A stretch of DNA of 64,000 nt from an uncultured Bacteroidaceae bacterium (lineage in GTDB: Bacteria > Bacillota > Clostridia > Christensenellales > CAG-917): contig CAZLVK010000005.1 in NCBI GenBank assembly GCA_964563025.1, positions 17,468 through 81,467 on the forward strand, given 5' to 3'. The notes under the pieces were generated by a model that ran no database searches, had not been told where the DNA came from, and was given only the letters and a program-made list of their open reading frames with translations. The position numbers were made by a program, and so were the translations under genes. Below are positions 1-9,736 of the stretch, in pieces (the first letter of the stretch is position 1; every line of letters starts with the position of its first letter).

Positions 1-858
1 GATGACCTTGTCGTTTTTGGGGAGTTTGTTCGAGGGAACAATCATAGTGCCCTTATGGTTCGGGTTGAATGTATTCTTTATATTGATAGGGATACCCGCG
101 CTACGGACGGGGAACACGCTTTCGGGATGCAAAACTTCCGCGCCCATATAAGCAAGTTCTCTGAGTTCCTTATAACTGAGATAGTCAATGGGAGCGGGAT
201 CGTCCACGATAGTAGGATTTGCAGTGAGGAAGCCGTTGACGTCCGTCCAGTTTTCATAGACGTCCGCATTCATCGCGCGAGCGACGATTGCGCCGGTTAT
301 ATCGCTTCCGCCACGGGAGAACGTGCGCACTTTTCCCTCTGCGTCCGAACCGTAAAATCCCGGAAGCACCGCTCTTGCGACGCCGTCGAGTTTGCTACGG
401 ATAAGGTCTATCGAATAGTCGAGTTGGAGATTGCCTTTGTCGTTGAATTTGATGATTTCAAACGTATCGATGAATGGCACTCCGAGTCTTGCCGCAAGAA
501 GTTTTGCGGAGAGATACTCCCCTCTCGACGCAGTATAGTCTTGCGAACCGCCGTTTTCGATTCTGAATTTGATTTCGGCAAGTTCCGCTCTCATACCGAC
601 GTCAACGCCGAGTCCCTCTTCGATTTCAAGGAAACGCTTTTCGATGACGGGGAACGTTTCGTCGCAATTTCCGCATTCTTTGACCTCATTGAAACAAGCG
701 TAAAGGGCGTCGGTAACTTTGACGTCCGCTTTGTCGCGTTTGCCGGGAGCGGAAACTACTACGAATCTTCTGTCGTCGTCTTGTGCGATTATATCTGCGA
801 CTTGCGATATGGTCTTGGTGTTAGCCATTGACGTACCGCCGAATTTGCAAGTTTTCAT
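1..858 (-). CDS. lysC: Aspartate kinase (5' part; runs off the window start)
   Basis: Manual minus-strand translation from ATG at 858: MKTCKFGGTSMANTKTISQVADIIAQDDDRRFVVVSAPGKRDK..., with the KFGGTS and VVVSAPGK motifs of aspartokinases. GAGG RBS upstream. Absent from the ORF track because it is truncated. Confidence 0.88.
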   Translation of the reverse strand, partial: MKTCKFGGTSMANTKTISQVADIIAQDDDRRFVVVSAPGKRDKADVKVTDALYACFNEVKECGNCDETFPVIEKRFLEIEEGLGVDVGMRAELAEIKFRIENGGSQDYTASRGEYLSAKLLAARLGVPFIDTFEIIKFNDKGNLQLDYSIDLIRSKLDGVARAVLPGFYGSDAEGKVRTFSRGGSDITGAIVARAMNADVYENWTDVNGFLTANPTIVDDPAPIDYLSYKELRELAYMGAEVLHPESVFPVRSAGIPINIKNTFNPNHKGTMIVPSNKLPKNDKVI

Positions 859-899
859 AAATACCTCTATTTTACTCTATTGAGAAATTTCTTTCGTGG

Positions 900-2120
900 T
901 TACTTGATTTTGTGGCACTCGAGGTAGTACCTCTTCTCCTCCGCCTCGCCCATACTGAACGCTTTTCTACAAAGGTTGCCGTGGTCGAGAACGTAGCGGA
1001 AAAGTTCGTCCTTATTTATGGACGGCATAAATATTGCGACGCCGTCGTTTTCCTCGGCGACGTTACGCAAATGGTTTTCGCCGTGAATATAGTCTACGGT
1101 TGCACCTACGTTTTCGGAAATATACTTATCGATTGCCGATTGCACCTCGGCGATACATTCCGCGCTCAAATGGTTGCACGCGATAGTATAAGCAATTCCG
1201 TCCGCCTCTAAGGTGAGTTTCCCGCTCCCTTTAAGTTCGCCCGACATATACGTGACGAAATCCGCATTGTCCGCTCCGAAAATCACGCGGTGAATAGGCT
1301 CGAACGCTATTCCGTCGTCGTGCAAATTTTCAAGTTCGCAAAGAGCAAACCTTGCGGGGTGCGTTTCTTTCTCCTCGTCGGACAAGGTTTTTTTGAGTTC
1401 GTTCCAATGCGCTTGTGCGGTTGCAAGGGAGTGATTTCCGTCCCCTACCGCAAACGTAAACGTCGAGTTTTCGCCGTAGCGCAAACACATATTATTTTCA
1501 TAAATCGCAAGTTTATCGAACACTTTCGCACTATCAACCCTATATCCCGTCAAATGACCGCCGTTCATATTGAGGTCGAAGTCGTAGAGTTTTTCGCTTT
1601 CGGATTTCTCATTCCAAAGTTCTTCGAGAACGACTTTTTCTCTGTCGTCCATAAGCACCATAACGTGCGGAAGTTCTATGGGTGCGTTCTTGCGGACTTT
1701 GAGTCGAGGGGGTATTCTGTCGAGCACGACGCCCTCGGTCGCGCGGAGCGGTGCGTTCGTCGGATATTCGTAGGAATAGTCTTCGAGGTCTATAGCGACG
1801 ACGAGACCGAGCCTCGAACGTCCCTCGGCGGTATCCCTTTTTACGAGGATAAAACTATCTTTAAGCGTGGTGAAAACGCCCGCGTCGAGATAGTCGTTCA
1901 TGGTCTTATTTATCTTTGCCGTTCTGTCGTCCGCATCCCCGTCTTCGAGGTAGACTTCGGGAAAAATCAGCCTAAGCGTGCTCGGGCTGTCCCCGACGTA
2001 ACGGTCGAGTGCCTGCCAATAATTACGCTCGGACGTAAACTGGTCGCAAGAAACCACCGCCCATTTTGAAAGGTCGGCGGAATTCGGCAAGAGTACGTCT
2101 ACGCATTTTACGGTTTTCAT
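900..2120 (-). CDS. DUF1015 family protein
   Basis: 406 aa; WAVVSCDQFTS, RATEG..DRIPPR, ELPH and AVGDGNHSLATA motifs typical of DUF1015. Confidence 0.8.
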   Translation of the reverse strand: MKTVKCVDVLLPNSADLSKWAVVSCDQFTSERNYWQALDRYVGDSPSTLRLIFPEVYLEDGDADDRTAKINKTMNDYLDAGVFTTLKDSFILVKRDTAEGRSRLGLVVAIDLEDYSYEYPTNAPLRATEGVVLDRIPPRLKVRKNAPIELPHVMVLMDDREKVVLEELWNEKSESEKLYDFDLNMNGGHLTGYRVDSAKVFDKLAIYENNMCLRYGENSTFTFAVGDGNHSLATAQAHWNELKKTLSDEEKETHPARFALCELENLHDDGIAFEPIHRVIFGADNADFVTYMSGELKGSGKLTLEADGIAYTIACNHLSAECIAEVQSAIDKYISENVGATVDYIHGENHLRNVAEENDGVAIFMPSINKDELFRYVLDHGNLCRKAFSMGEAEEKRYYLECHKIK

Positions 2121-2128
2121 ATGCTACC

Positions 2129-2992
2129 TTATTGAAGTCTTCCGTGGTGTTTCTTTTCTTGTTTTGCCTGACGACGAGCAAGCGCGGCAAGGGAAATTCC
2201 GTACGCTTCTTCGATTTCGTCTTTGAGTTTATCCATAGTCATATAGCGTTTGATTTCGCCGTGTTTGACCACGGAGATGATACCCGTTTCCTCGCTGACG
2301 ACGATAGACAAAACGTCGGTATCTTCGGTTATGCCGATGGCGGCTCTGTGACGGGTGCCCATTTCCTTGTTGACGTTTCTCTGTGTGAGAGGAAGGAAAC
2401 ATCCCGCCGCCACAATTTTGTTACCTCTGACGATAACCGCACCGTCGTGGAGAGGGGCTTTTGTGTTGAAGATACTTTCAAGCAAAGGAGCGGTCAAGGT
2501 TGCGCCGAGAGCGGTTCCGGTGTCTATGATGGTATCCTGAATGTCGCCGTTCATATCGATGATGATTATCGCACCGACGTCCTGCTTTGCCATATCCTGA
2601 CAAGCGGTGAGAATTTCTGTCGTAGCGTCGCGTAGTTCGTCGTCGCTGTTGAGTTGGTCGTTGAAAATGGACAGCCCTCTCGGATTGCCGATTTTCTGGA
2701 ACAGCGATTTAAGGTCCGTCTGGTAGACGACCGCCGTAACCACTATGACGAAAATCATCGCGTAGTGCAGTACGTATCTCGACACGGTGAGTATCTCGTG
2801 GTCGCAAAGTTGGCTGAGCACTTGTACGAGAATTTCAAGCACCATGACGGACAGCAACAAACACAAAACTCTGACGTTGCGCTTGTACGCGAAGAACGTG
2901 AAGAGCAACACCAAAATCGTCACCAACACCGCGGCGTCGAGCACTGCGTAGTAGTCAATGTTTTTCACCCATTCGACAAAATTGTAGTTCAT
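2129..2992 (-). CDS. cdaA: Diadenylate cyclase CdaA/DacA (3 TM + DAC domain)
   Basis: N-terminal hydrophobic helices; PLHDGAV and GTRHRAA catalytic motifs; VVSEETG. Confidence 0.93.
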   Translation of the reverse strand: MNYNFVEWVKNIDYYAVLDAAVLVTILVLLFTFFAYKRNVRVLCLLLSVMVLEILVQVLSQLCDHEILTVSRYVLHYAMIFVIVVTAVVYQTDLKSLFQKIGNPRGLSIFNDQLNSDDELRDATTEILTACQDMAKQDVGAIIIIDMNGDIQDTIIDTGTALGATLTAPLLESIFNTKAPLHDGAVIVRGNKIVAAGCFLPLTQRNVNKEMGTRHRAAIGITEDTDVLSIVVSEETGIISVVKHGEIKRYMTMDKLKDEIEEAYGISLAALARRQAKQEKKHHGRLQ

Positions 2993-3017
2993 ATTCTATC
3001 TCCCCGTGCTAAGCACG

Positions 3018-3836
3018 TTAAATATCGAATTCCTCGAAAACCTTATCGTTGCCCTCGTCCTCGAACGGATTATCGTCATCCTCACCGAACACGTCGGCGG
3101 GCACGAAGTTTTTCGCCTTATAGTCAAGCCAAAAATACAGCGCGACGGTCACCGCCACAAGCAATGCGAACACCGAAATCGCGACTATGCTTGCAATTAT
3201 CATCTCCTCCGTCACCGCAGTATCGACCTGAACGCCGTAACTTTCGTAAACGGTAGCCATCGTCTCCGCAAACATAGGGTTCTTGCGAATGACAAAGTTC
3301 AATACGCTCGGCACGAGGGTGTGTATTCCTTGGCAAACGAGATACGCACTCGACCACAGTCTGAAAGCGTTCCTCGACGCAAACGGATTGACGTAGAATT
3401 TCCTATCCAGCACCGCAAAGAACATAGCATATAAGGATGCGGACAGCACGGTCACGTCGCAAATATAACTTGCGTATACGTACACCGCAGAATTTGCAAG
3501 CGCACATACCTTCACTATCCCCATAACGAACCGCGCCGCCGCGGTGAATATCATCGTGAGATAGATGAAGTCGGAGTGCGTAACGTCCCTCATCCCCCGC
3601 CTTATCGCCATCGAACTGAAAATCGATGCCGAACAGTAGCAAAGGAACGACGGCAACACCCCTTCGTAAAGGATATTCACAAGAACGTTGACGGTGATTT
3701 CCTTCACGCCAACGCATTCGCCGAGTTCGACAATGAGCACGTACAGCGCGTTGAACAGCGAAGATAAAATCAGCACCGTCCATATAAGCGGAAAGTATTT
3801 TCTGTCTATTTTGTTTTTGACCAATATTATTTTCAT
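3018..3836 (-). CDS. Hypothetical multi-pass membrane protein with acidic C-terminal tail
   Basis: Start at MKIILVKNK (ATG 3836 overlaps the holA TAA); about 6 hydrophobic segments; tail DDDNPFEDEGNDKVFEEFDI. Confidence 0.7.
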   Translation of the reverse strand: MKIILVKNKIDRKYFPLIWTVLILSSLFNALYVLIVELGECVGVKEITVNVLVNILYEGVLPSFLCYCSASIFSSMAIRRGMRDVTHSDFIYLTMIFTAAARFVMGIVKVCALANSAVYVYASYICDVTVLSASLYAMFFAVLDRKFYVNPFASRNAFRLWSSAYLVCQGIHTLVPSVLNFVIRKNPMFAETMATVYESYGVQVDTAVTEEMIIASIVAISVFALLVAVTVALYFWLDYKAKNFVPADVFGEDDDNPFEDEGNDKVFEEFDI

Positions 3837-4933
3837 TAGGCGTTCAGTAGCGTAAGTATCACGTCGTGCACCGCGCTTTCTTCGTTTCTTCGACCGCTGA
3901 TGACGGCGTAATAAGTTTCGTGCAGATAGTCCACGCACTTTTTGAGGCGCACTTGCGAATAGGTTTTCGCGACTCTCTTCACGTGATACAGTTGCCCCGA
4001 AGAGACTTCGAGAAATTCTCCGAGTTGCTTATCGTCCCCTTGGAAGAGGGTTGCGTGGAGCATCTTGCGATATTGGTTGTAGAGCATCGAGATAATTGCG
4101 AGCCCTTTCATACCGCGACCGTAAAGCGCGTTCAGAATATCGACCGCCTTATCCGCCTGCTTTTCGCAGACCGCACTCGTAAGCATAAAGCCCGCATAGT
4201 CGAAGTCGGGAGCAACCAACGCTTCCACGTCGCCCACGGTGATGACGTCGTCCGAATAGGCTTTGAGTTTCTGCACCTCTTTGGCTATTCTCGACATATC
4301 CGACTGAGTGAAATCGATGAGAGTATTTAGAGCGGTTCTATCCATTCTGCGGACGGGTGCCTCGTTCAAAAGTGCGCCGACCTCGTTTGCGATTTCTTCC
4401 CTTTCGAGATGATTGCAATCTACGAATTCGATTCCGTACTTTGCGCAAAAAGTCTTTGCGAGGGAAGGGAGTTTGTCCTTGCCCTTTTTTCCTTTTTGTC
4501 CGTCTCCGTCATCGCTTTTATCCGCTTTTGCGTCCGAGCCTTTTTCACCCTTGGAATCGTCGTCCTTGTTCACCGCCGCGTCGTCTATTACCGCAACCAA
4601 TATCGAGGTAGGATTGGGGGACAACACGTAGGTCCTGACGAAGTCCTTTTCCTGGTCGGACAGCCTTGAAGATATATCGGGCACGACGACAACTTTTCTA
4701 TCCCCGAACATAGGGAATGTAGACAAAGCATCCTCGACCGCGCCTATTCCTTCGGACTGCGAAACGAAGGTGAGGTTGAAGTCTTTGAAGTCGTCCTCGA
4801 CGAGGGACTTGAAAGCACCGAGCGCATTGTAGCAAAGATATGCGTCGTTGCCCGCAACGACGTATAAAGGCTTTGCACTCTCAAAACCTTGAGAGACCGC
4901 GGATAGGTGTTTTTCGAGGTCAAGGTATCTCAT
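3836..4933 (-). CDS. holA: DNA polymerase III delta subunit
   Basis: LYVVAGNDAYL, DFNL, TFPMFGDRKVVVV and EVQKLKAY...ITVGDVEALV pattern of HolA. Confidence 0.85.
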   Translation of the reverse strand: MRYLDLEKHLSAVSQGFESAKPLYVVAGNDAYLCYNALGAFKSLVEDDFKDFNLTFVSQSEGIGAVEDALSTFPMFGDRKVVVVPDISSRLSDQEKDFVRTYVLSPNPTSILVAVIDDAAVNKDDDSKGEKGSDAKADKSDDGDGQKGKKGKDKLPSLAKTFCAKYGIEFVDCNHLEREEIANEVGALLNEAPVRRMDRTALNTLIDFTQSDMSRIAKEVQKLKAYSDDVITVGDVEALVAPDFDYAGFMLTSAVCEKQADKAVDILNALYGRGMKGLAIISMLYNQYRKMLHATLFQGDDKQLGEFLEVSSGQLYHVKRVAKTYSQVRLKKCVDYLHETYYAVISGRRNEESAVHDVILTLLNA

Positions 4934-4951
4934 AGATTTCAATTATATTAT

Positions 4952-4981
4952 ATCATAGCATAGTTTATTAGAAAATGTAAA
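4952..4981 (-). promoter_or_regulatory. Putative sigma-A promoter of the holA operon
   Basis: Minus strand TTTACA-N18-TATGAT with an extended -10 TG. Confidence 0.5.
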
Positions 4982-5096
4982 GAAATTTTCTTACAAGGTC
5001 ACGCCAAAATATAAAAGTTACGCGCCGATGTTTTCGACGCGTATTCTTGTTTTATCAATCGTTTTTGTGGAGATAAACTCTCGTTTCGGGCAAAAC

Positions 5097-6221
5097 CTAT
5101 GCGATTTCGTCCTCTCCTACATCTTCGACTTTTTCGGAGGATTTTGCCGTCCCCGACAACACTTTTGCCAAAAATTCTTTAAGGCGCGGGTGTTCGGGCT
5201 CGGTGAAAAACTTGTCCGGGGTGTTCTGTTCGAGGATTTTGCCCTCCGCCATAAACAGCACTCTCGTGCCGACTTCTCTTGCAAAATTCATCTCGTGAGT
5301 GACGATAACCATAGTCATACCCGAGTCCGCAACCTGCTTGATGAGGTCGAGAACTTCACCGACCATTTCGGGATCGAGCGCAGACGTCGGTTCGTCGAAA
5401 AGCATGACTTTCGGGTTCATCGCAAGTGCGCGAGCGATAGCCACACGCTGTTTTTGACCGCCCGACAAAGTGCTGGGATAGACGTCCGCTTTGCTTTCGA
5501 GCCCTATGCGTTTTAGCAGTCTCATAGCGTTCTCTTCGGCAGCCGCTTTGATTTCTTTCGCGCTGTTATATTCGAGGGGTTTTACACTTTTTTCTTCCGC
5601 GTGTACGGCGTGGGTAATTTTGCGTTCGACGTCCTCGATTTTTTCGGTCAAACCGAGTTTTGTTTTGGTGAGTTTTTTGTCGTAAGTAGCGTAAGATTTT
5701 CCGCTGATTTCCTTGATGACTTTGGTCGCTTCCCATTCGGTTGCGATAGGTGCGAGTTCTTCTTTCAATGCGGACAGTTTTTGTTCGAGTTTCACGAGTT
5801 TTTTATCTACGCGCTTGTTATGACTCTCCCCGAACACGGCGAACAACTTGTTGTAAAGAGGCACGAGGGCGTTCTTTATTTTGGTTTTGCGCATGTTCTT
5901 CACCCCTATTTGCACGGGAGCGAGGGTGATATTTTTCTTGACGGTCATGTTGTTGAACAGATTGAATTGCTGGAACACCATTCCCATTTTTTCGCGCTGT
6001 TCGTTTATATCGACTTTGAGGTCCGCAAGGTCGACGCCGTCGAACATAATCTTTCCCGCCGTCGGGTCTTCGAGGCAGTTAAGGCATCTGAGGAACGTGG
6101 ATTTTCCGCCGCCGGACGGTCCGACGATAACTACCCTTTCTCCCTCGTTTATGGTTTCGGTGATGTCGTCGAGAACGAGGAGATCCCCGAATTTTTTCGT
6201 AAGATTTATCGCACTTAACAT
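5097..6221 (-). CDS. Polar amino-acid ABC transporter ATP-binding protein (GlnQ/ArtR-like) with a large internal insertion
   Basis: Walker [11 protein letters not shown]-loop MVFQQFNLF, signature [17 protein letters not shown], Walker [15 protein letters not shown]-loop VTHEM; GGAGG RBS before ATG 6221. Confidence 0.93.
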   Translation of the reverse strand: MLSAINLTKKFGDLLVLDDITETINEGERVVIVGPSGGGKSTFLRCLNCLEDPTAGKIMFDGVDLADLKVDINEQREKMGMVFQQFNLFNNMTVKKNITLAPVQIGVKNMRKTKIKNALVPLYNKLFAVFGESHNKRVDKKLVKLEQKLSALKEELAPIATEWEATKVIKEISGKSYATYDKKLTKTKLGLTEKIEDVERKITHAVHAEEKSVKPLEYNSAKEIKAAAEENAMRLLKRIGLESKADVYPSTLSGGQKQRVAIARALAMNPKVMLFDEPTSALDPEMVGEVLDLIKQVADSGMTMVIVTHEMNFAREVGTRVLFMAEGKILEQNTPDKFFTEPEHPRLKEFLAKVLSGTAKSSEKVEDVGEDEIA

Positions 6222-6223
6222 AA

Positions 6224-6982
6224 TCACGCCTCCACTACGTTGTCTTTTAATTTTTTACCGCGGACTTTGATTTTCTTATAGTTGCGGTCGGTCTTAGCCA
6301 TACGCTTTTCTATTAGTTTCAAAAGTCCCGTGAGGAGCATAACGATAATGAGATACATACACGCCGCAATGAGGAGCGGGAACAGATAGTCGAAAGTTCT
6401 CGATTGCACGAGTCCGGGGACTTTGCCGAGGTCGAGAATGCCGACATAGCCGACTATTGCGGTCTCCTTGACGAGGGTTATAAATTCGTTAAAAAGCGGG
6501 GGCATGACGTTTCGGACCGCCTGCGGTGTGATGACTTTCACCATAGTTTGTCCGGTAGACATACCGAGAGAGCGTCCCGCTTCCATTTGTCCGAAATCCA
6601 CGCTTTCAAACCCCGCACGGACTATTTCCGCGACGTATGCGCCGGAGTTCAATCCGAACGTAATCGCGCCGATGATTATACCGTTATCCATAGAAGCAAG
6701 TACGACGAAGTACATGATGAACAGTTGAAGCACCACCGGGGTACCGCGGATAATCATTATGTACACGTTCGCAATGCCCGACAAAACTTTCAGTTTGCCC
6801 GTCCTCTTGTTGACGTAGTTAATCATCGCGAGAATAACGCCGATTGCCACACCGATAAGTGTGGCAAATAAGGCTATCAACAGAGTGTTCCCGAGTCCCT
6901 CGAAGTACAGTTTGTATCTGTCGTCGTAGATGAAGGCGCGGTATAAACGCTCTTGTAAAGTTGCGGATAATAGTAGGTTCAT
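6224..6982 (-). CDS. Polar amino-acid ABC transporter permease
   Basis: [34 protein letters not shown] (EAA loop), [10 protein letters not shown]. Confidence 0.93.
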   Translation of the reverse strand: MNLLLSATLQERLYRAFIYDDRYKLYFEGLGNTLLIALFATLIGVAIGVILAMINYVNKRTGKLKVLSGIANVYIMIIRGTPVVLQLFIMYFVVLASMDNGIIIGAITFGLNSGAYVAEIVRAGFESVDFGQMEAGRSLGMSTGQTMVKVITPQAVRNVMPPLFNEFITLVKETAIVGYVGILDLGKVPGLVQSRTFDYLFPLLIAACMYLIIVMLLTGLLKLIEKRMAKTDRNYKKIKVRGKKLKDNVVEA

Positions 6983-6983
6983 A

Positions 6984-7865
6984 TTACAGCATCAATTCCG
7001 CGGGAATTTTATCCATAAGGATTGCGTCGATACGACCGTTTTTGAGGTCTTGCAACGCAAGTGCGTATTGTTTGTATTGTTTGACTTCCGCGCCCGCCGC
7101 GTTGACGACTACGGTTTCGGTGGTTTCATCGTCGTTTTCGATTTCGTAGGAATAACCTGCGCCCGCCGCCGCGCTGATGATGAGGTCACCGCTGGTGCCT
7201 TCTTGTACGCCGACTTTCTTTCCGGCAAGGTCCGCTACGCTCTTGTATTGACCGTCTTTGGAGACGACGACGAGAGTGGAACTGGAATATACGTTGCTGA
7301 AATCTACGGTTTCTTTACGTTCGTCGGTGATGGACATACCCGCCGCGCCGACCGCGTCGCCGGATGCGTTTGCGACGTTAGTAGGAATGAGGTCGAACGC
7401 AACGTCCTTGACTTCGACTTTTTTGCCGAGATTGACTGCGACTTGGTTCATGATTGCTATGTCGAGGCCTACGACGTTCCCGCCGTAAATGAACTCGTAA
7501 GGAGCAAATCCGGACTCGGTGTAAACGGTGATGGTTTCACTTGCGGAACCGAAATCCCAACTGATTGCGAGTCCCTCGGGAGCGACTGCCGCCGTACCGC
7601 TGGTTTCTTCGTCTGCGAGTGCGGAATAATATTCCATATATTTGGTCATATTGCCGTTTGCATTCCATTCGTCGATGACCGCGTTGACTGCCGTCATGAG
7701 AGCGGTGTTGCCTTTGGTGACCGCAATGCCGAAGTCCTCTTGAATGAGGTCGGTCGCCGCAACCGCCACGTAATTTGCATCGGAATTATCGTTGCATGCC
7801 GCGAAGGCAAAACAGCCTGCGAGGACTACTGCTACGAGCATAATTGCTATCAAAGTTTTTTTCAT
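6984..7865 (-). CDS. Amino-acid ABC substrate-binding lipoprotein (SBP family 3), circularly permuted
   Basis: Signal peptide with lipobox FAAC; motifs FAPYEF, GLDI, AGMSITDERKETVDFS, LAGKKVGVQEGT, LKNGRIDAILMD; GGAG RBS before ATG 7865. Confidence 0.88.
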   Translation of the reverse strand: MKKTLIAIMLVAVVLAGCFAFAACNDNSDANYVAVAATDLIQEDFGIAVTKGNTALMTAVNAVIDEWNANGNMTKYMEYYSALADEETSGTAAVAPEGLAISWDFGSASETITVYTESGFAPYEFIYGGNVVGLDIAIMNQVAVNLGKKVEVKDVAFDLIPTNVANASGDAVGAAGMSITDERKETVDFSNVYSSSTLVVVSKDGQYKSVADLAGKKVGVQEGTSGDLIISAAAGAGYSYEIENDDETTETVVVNAAGAEVKQYKQYALALQDLKNGRIDAILMDKIPAELML

Positions 7866-7907
7866 TTTCGTTATCTCCAAAATTGTTTATTTCGTTTTGT
7901 TGAACGT

Positions 7908-7998
7908 ATGATAGCACCACTTGCAAAATAATGCAACTATTTTTGCATATTTTTTCAAAAAATTTTATAAATCTATGGTTTTATACATTTTTATGCAA
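7908..7998 (-). promoter_or_regulatory. Promoter of the ABC importer with overlapping ARG-box-like operators
   Basis: Minus strand TTGCAT-N17-TATCAT (7936-7908); 14-bp cores TGCAAAATAATGCA (7922), TGCATATTTTTTCA (7944) and TACATTTTTATGCA (7984) resemble TGMAT-N4-ATKCA. Confidence 0.6.
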
Positions 7999-8098
7999 TT
8001 TCTATAGTGGTTTTATGCAAATATTCAATTTTTATCCCTTTTCGGGATTTCAAACGTCCCGTTCGTCCTACTCGGGCAAGAGCGGTGAGAAAAATTTC

Positions 8099-8127
8099 TT
8101 GACGGTTTTTCGGTATAGATATACAAT
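8099..8127 (+). promoter_or_regulatory. Sigma-A promoter of the ilv-leu operon
   Basis: TTGACG-N17-TACAAT, ending 17 nt before the ilvB ATG. Confidence 0.7.
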
Positions 8128-8144
8128 ATATATTGGTCTATTAT

Positions 8145-9728
8145 ATGAAAAAAACAATACTTAACGGAGCACAAATATTAGTCAACTGCCTTGCCGAGCA
8201 GGGTGTAAATCACGTTTTCGGCTATCCGGGCGCAAGTATACTGTCCGTATACGGCGCATTGGACGGTTCTTCCGTTCGTCATACTCTCACCGCGGACGAG
8301 CAAGGCGCATGCTTTGCGGCGGAAGGATATGCAAGAGCAAGCGGAAAAGTCGGCGTCGTTTTGGCGACGTCCGGGTCGGGAGCGACGAACCTCGTCACGG
8401 GTATCGCGGACGCATATATGGATAGCGTCCCCCTCGTCGCGATTACGGGCAACGTCCCCGTCGAAAATCTCGGACACGACAGTTTTCAGGAAGTGGACGT
8501 TTTCGATATGACTATGTCCGTCACTAAATACAGCATAATCGTCAAGGACGTGAAAGACCTCGCACCCGCCGTACGCAAAGCCTTCAAAGTGGCGTCGAGC
8601 GGTAGAAAAGGTCCCGTCCTCGTGGATATACCCTCAAACGTTTTCGACGACGTTGCCGAATACGAAAAAGTCCTCCCCGTAGCGGAATCCCCCGCCCTTC
8701 CCGACGAAAAGTCCCTTCTTGCGGTGGCCGACCTTATCAACCGCGCGAAACGCCCCGTAATCTATGCGGGCGGCGGTGTCAAGGCAAGCGGAGCAAAGGA
8801 CTCACTCGAGGAGTTCGCACTGAAAATTTGTGCGCAGGTAGCGGTATCCTATATGGGCATAGGCTGTTACGACCCCGACGACGCAAGTTATCTCGGAGTT
8901 ATGTCGAACGTCAACCCAACCCCCTTGCACGCGATACGCGAATGCGACCTTTTCATCACTCTCGGCGCAAGGTACACGAGCAGATACAACGCATTCGACG
9001 TCCTTAAAAAGCGCAAAATCCCCGTCGTTCAAATAGACATCGACAAAGCGGAAATCGACAAAAACGTGTTGACGACCGCAAGTGTAACGGCAGATATAAA
9101 CGAAACGTTGAAAGCACTCATACCTTTGGTCAACGACAACCGCAACGAAGACTGGGCTTTCCGTGATTTCGACAGAAACGAGATTTCAAATCGCGGAACC
9201 GAGTGTATAAAGTGCCTTTCCGAACTTCTCGGCGATAATATCGTCGTGACGACGGATGTCGGACTTCACCAAGAATGGACGGCACATACCTATCGTTTCA
9301 CGTCTCCGAACACCTTCCTTACGAGCGGTGGTCTCGGTGCAATGGGTTTCGGCATAGGTTCTGCAATCGGCGCGCATTTCGCCACGGACAAAAAGTGCCT
9401 TTGCATAACGGGGGACGGCTCTTTCCATATGAATATGAACGAACTCCCCGTCGTCGTCAAAAACCGCGTGCCGTTAATTATCGCCGTCTTGAACAACAAT
9501 TCCCTCGGCATGATACGCAAATTGCAACAGTCGCGGGCGGGCAAGCGTAAAGCGTCCATAAGCACCCACTACTTCCCGACAGACTACGTCGCCCTCGGTC
9601 AAGCTATGGGCGTCAGATCCGTGCGTATCGACGAAACAGACGATATAAAACAAAAATTATCCGAGGCCCTCAACGGACCTCTCCCCCTTCTCATCGATTT
9701 CAGATTAGGTATAAACGAAGGGCTGTAA
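8145..9728 (+). CDS. ilvB: Acetolactate synthase large subunit
   Basis: VFGYPG, EQGACFAAEGYAR, TSGSGATNLVTGIADAYMDS, ThDP-binding GDGSFHMN...NN. Confidence 0.93.
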   Translation: MKKTILNGAQILVNCLAEQGVNHVFGYPGASILSVYGALDGSSVRHTLTADEQGACFAAEGYARASGKVGVVLATSGSGATNLVTGIADAYMDSVPLVAITGNVPVENLGHDSFQEVDVFDMTMSVTKYSIIVKDVKDLAPAVRKAFKVASSGRKGPVLVDIPSNVFDDVAEYEKVLPVAESPALPDEKSLLAVADLINRAKRPVIYAGGGVKASGAKDSLEEFALKICAQVAVSYMGIGCYDPDDASYLGVMSNVNPTPLHAIRECDLFITLGARYTSRYNAFDVLKKRKIPVVQIDIDKAEIDKNVLTTASVTADINETLKALIPLVNDNRNEDWAFRDFDRNEISNRGTECIKCLSELLGDNIVVTTDVGLHQEWTAHTYRFTSPNTFLTSGGLGAMGFGIGSAIGAHFATDKKCLCITGDGSFHMNMNELPVVVKNRVPLIIAVLNNNSLGMIRKLQQSRAGKRKASISTHYFPTDYVALGQAMGVRSVRIDETDDIKQKLSEALNGPLPLLIDFRLGINEGL

Positions 9729-9736
9729 GGAGTCAT

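Noticed and set aside
55-831. 258-aa + strand ORF
   Set aside because: Antisense shadow of the minus-strand aspartate kinase; no recognisable motifs
5562-5903. Intein as the explanation for the ABC ATPase insertion
   Set aside because: No N-terminal Cys/Ser block, no C-terminal His-Asn, no LAGLIDADG motif; the sequence is helical and charged
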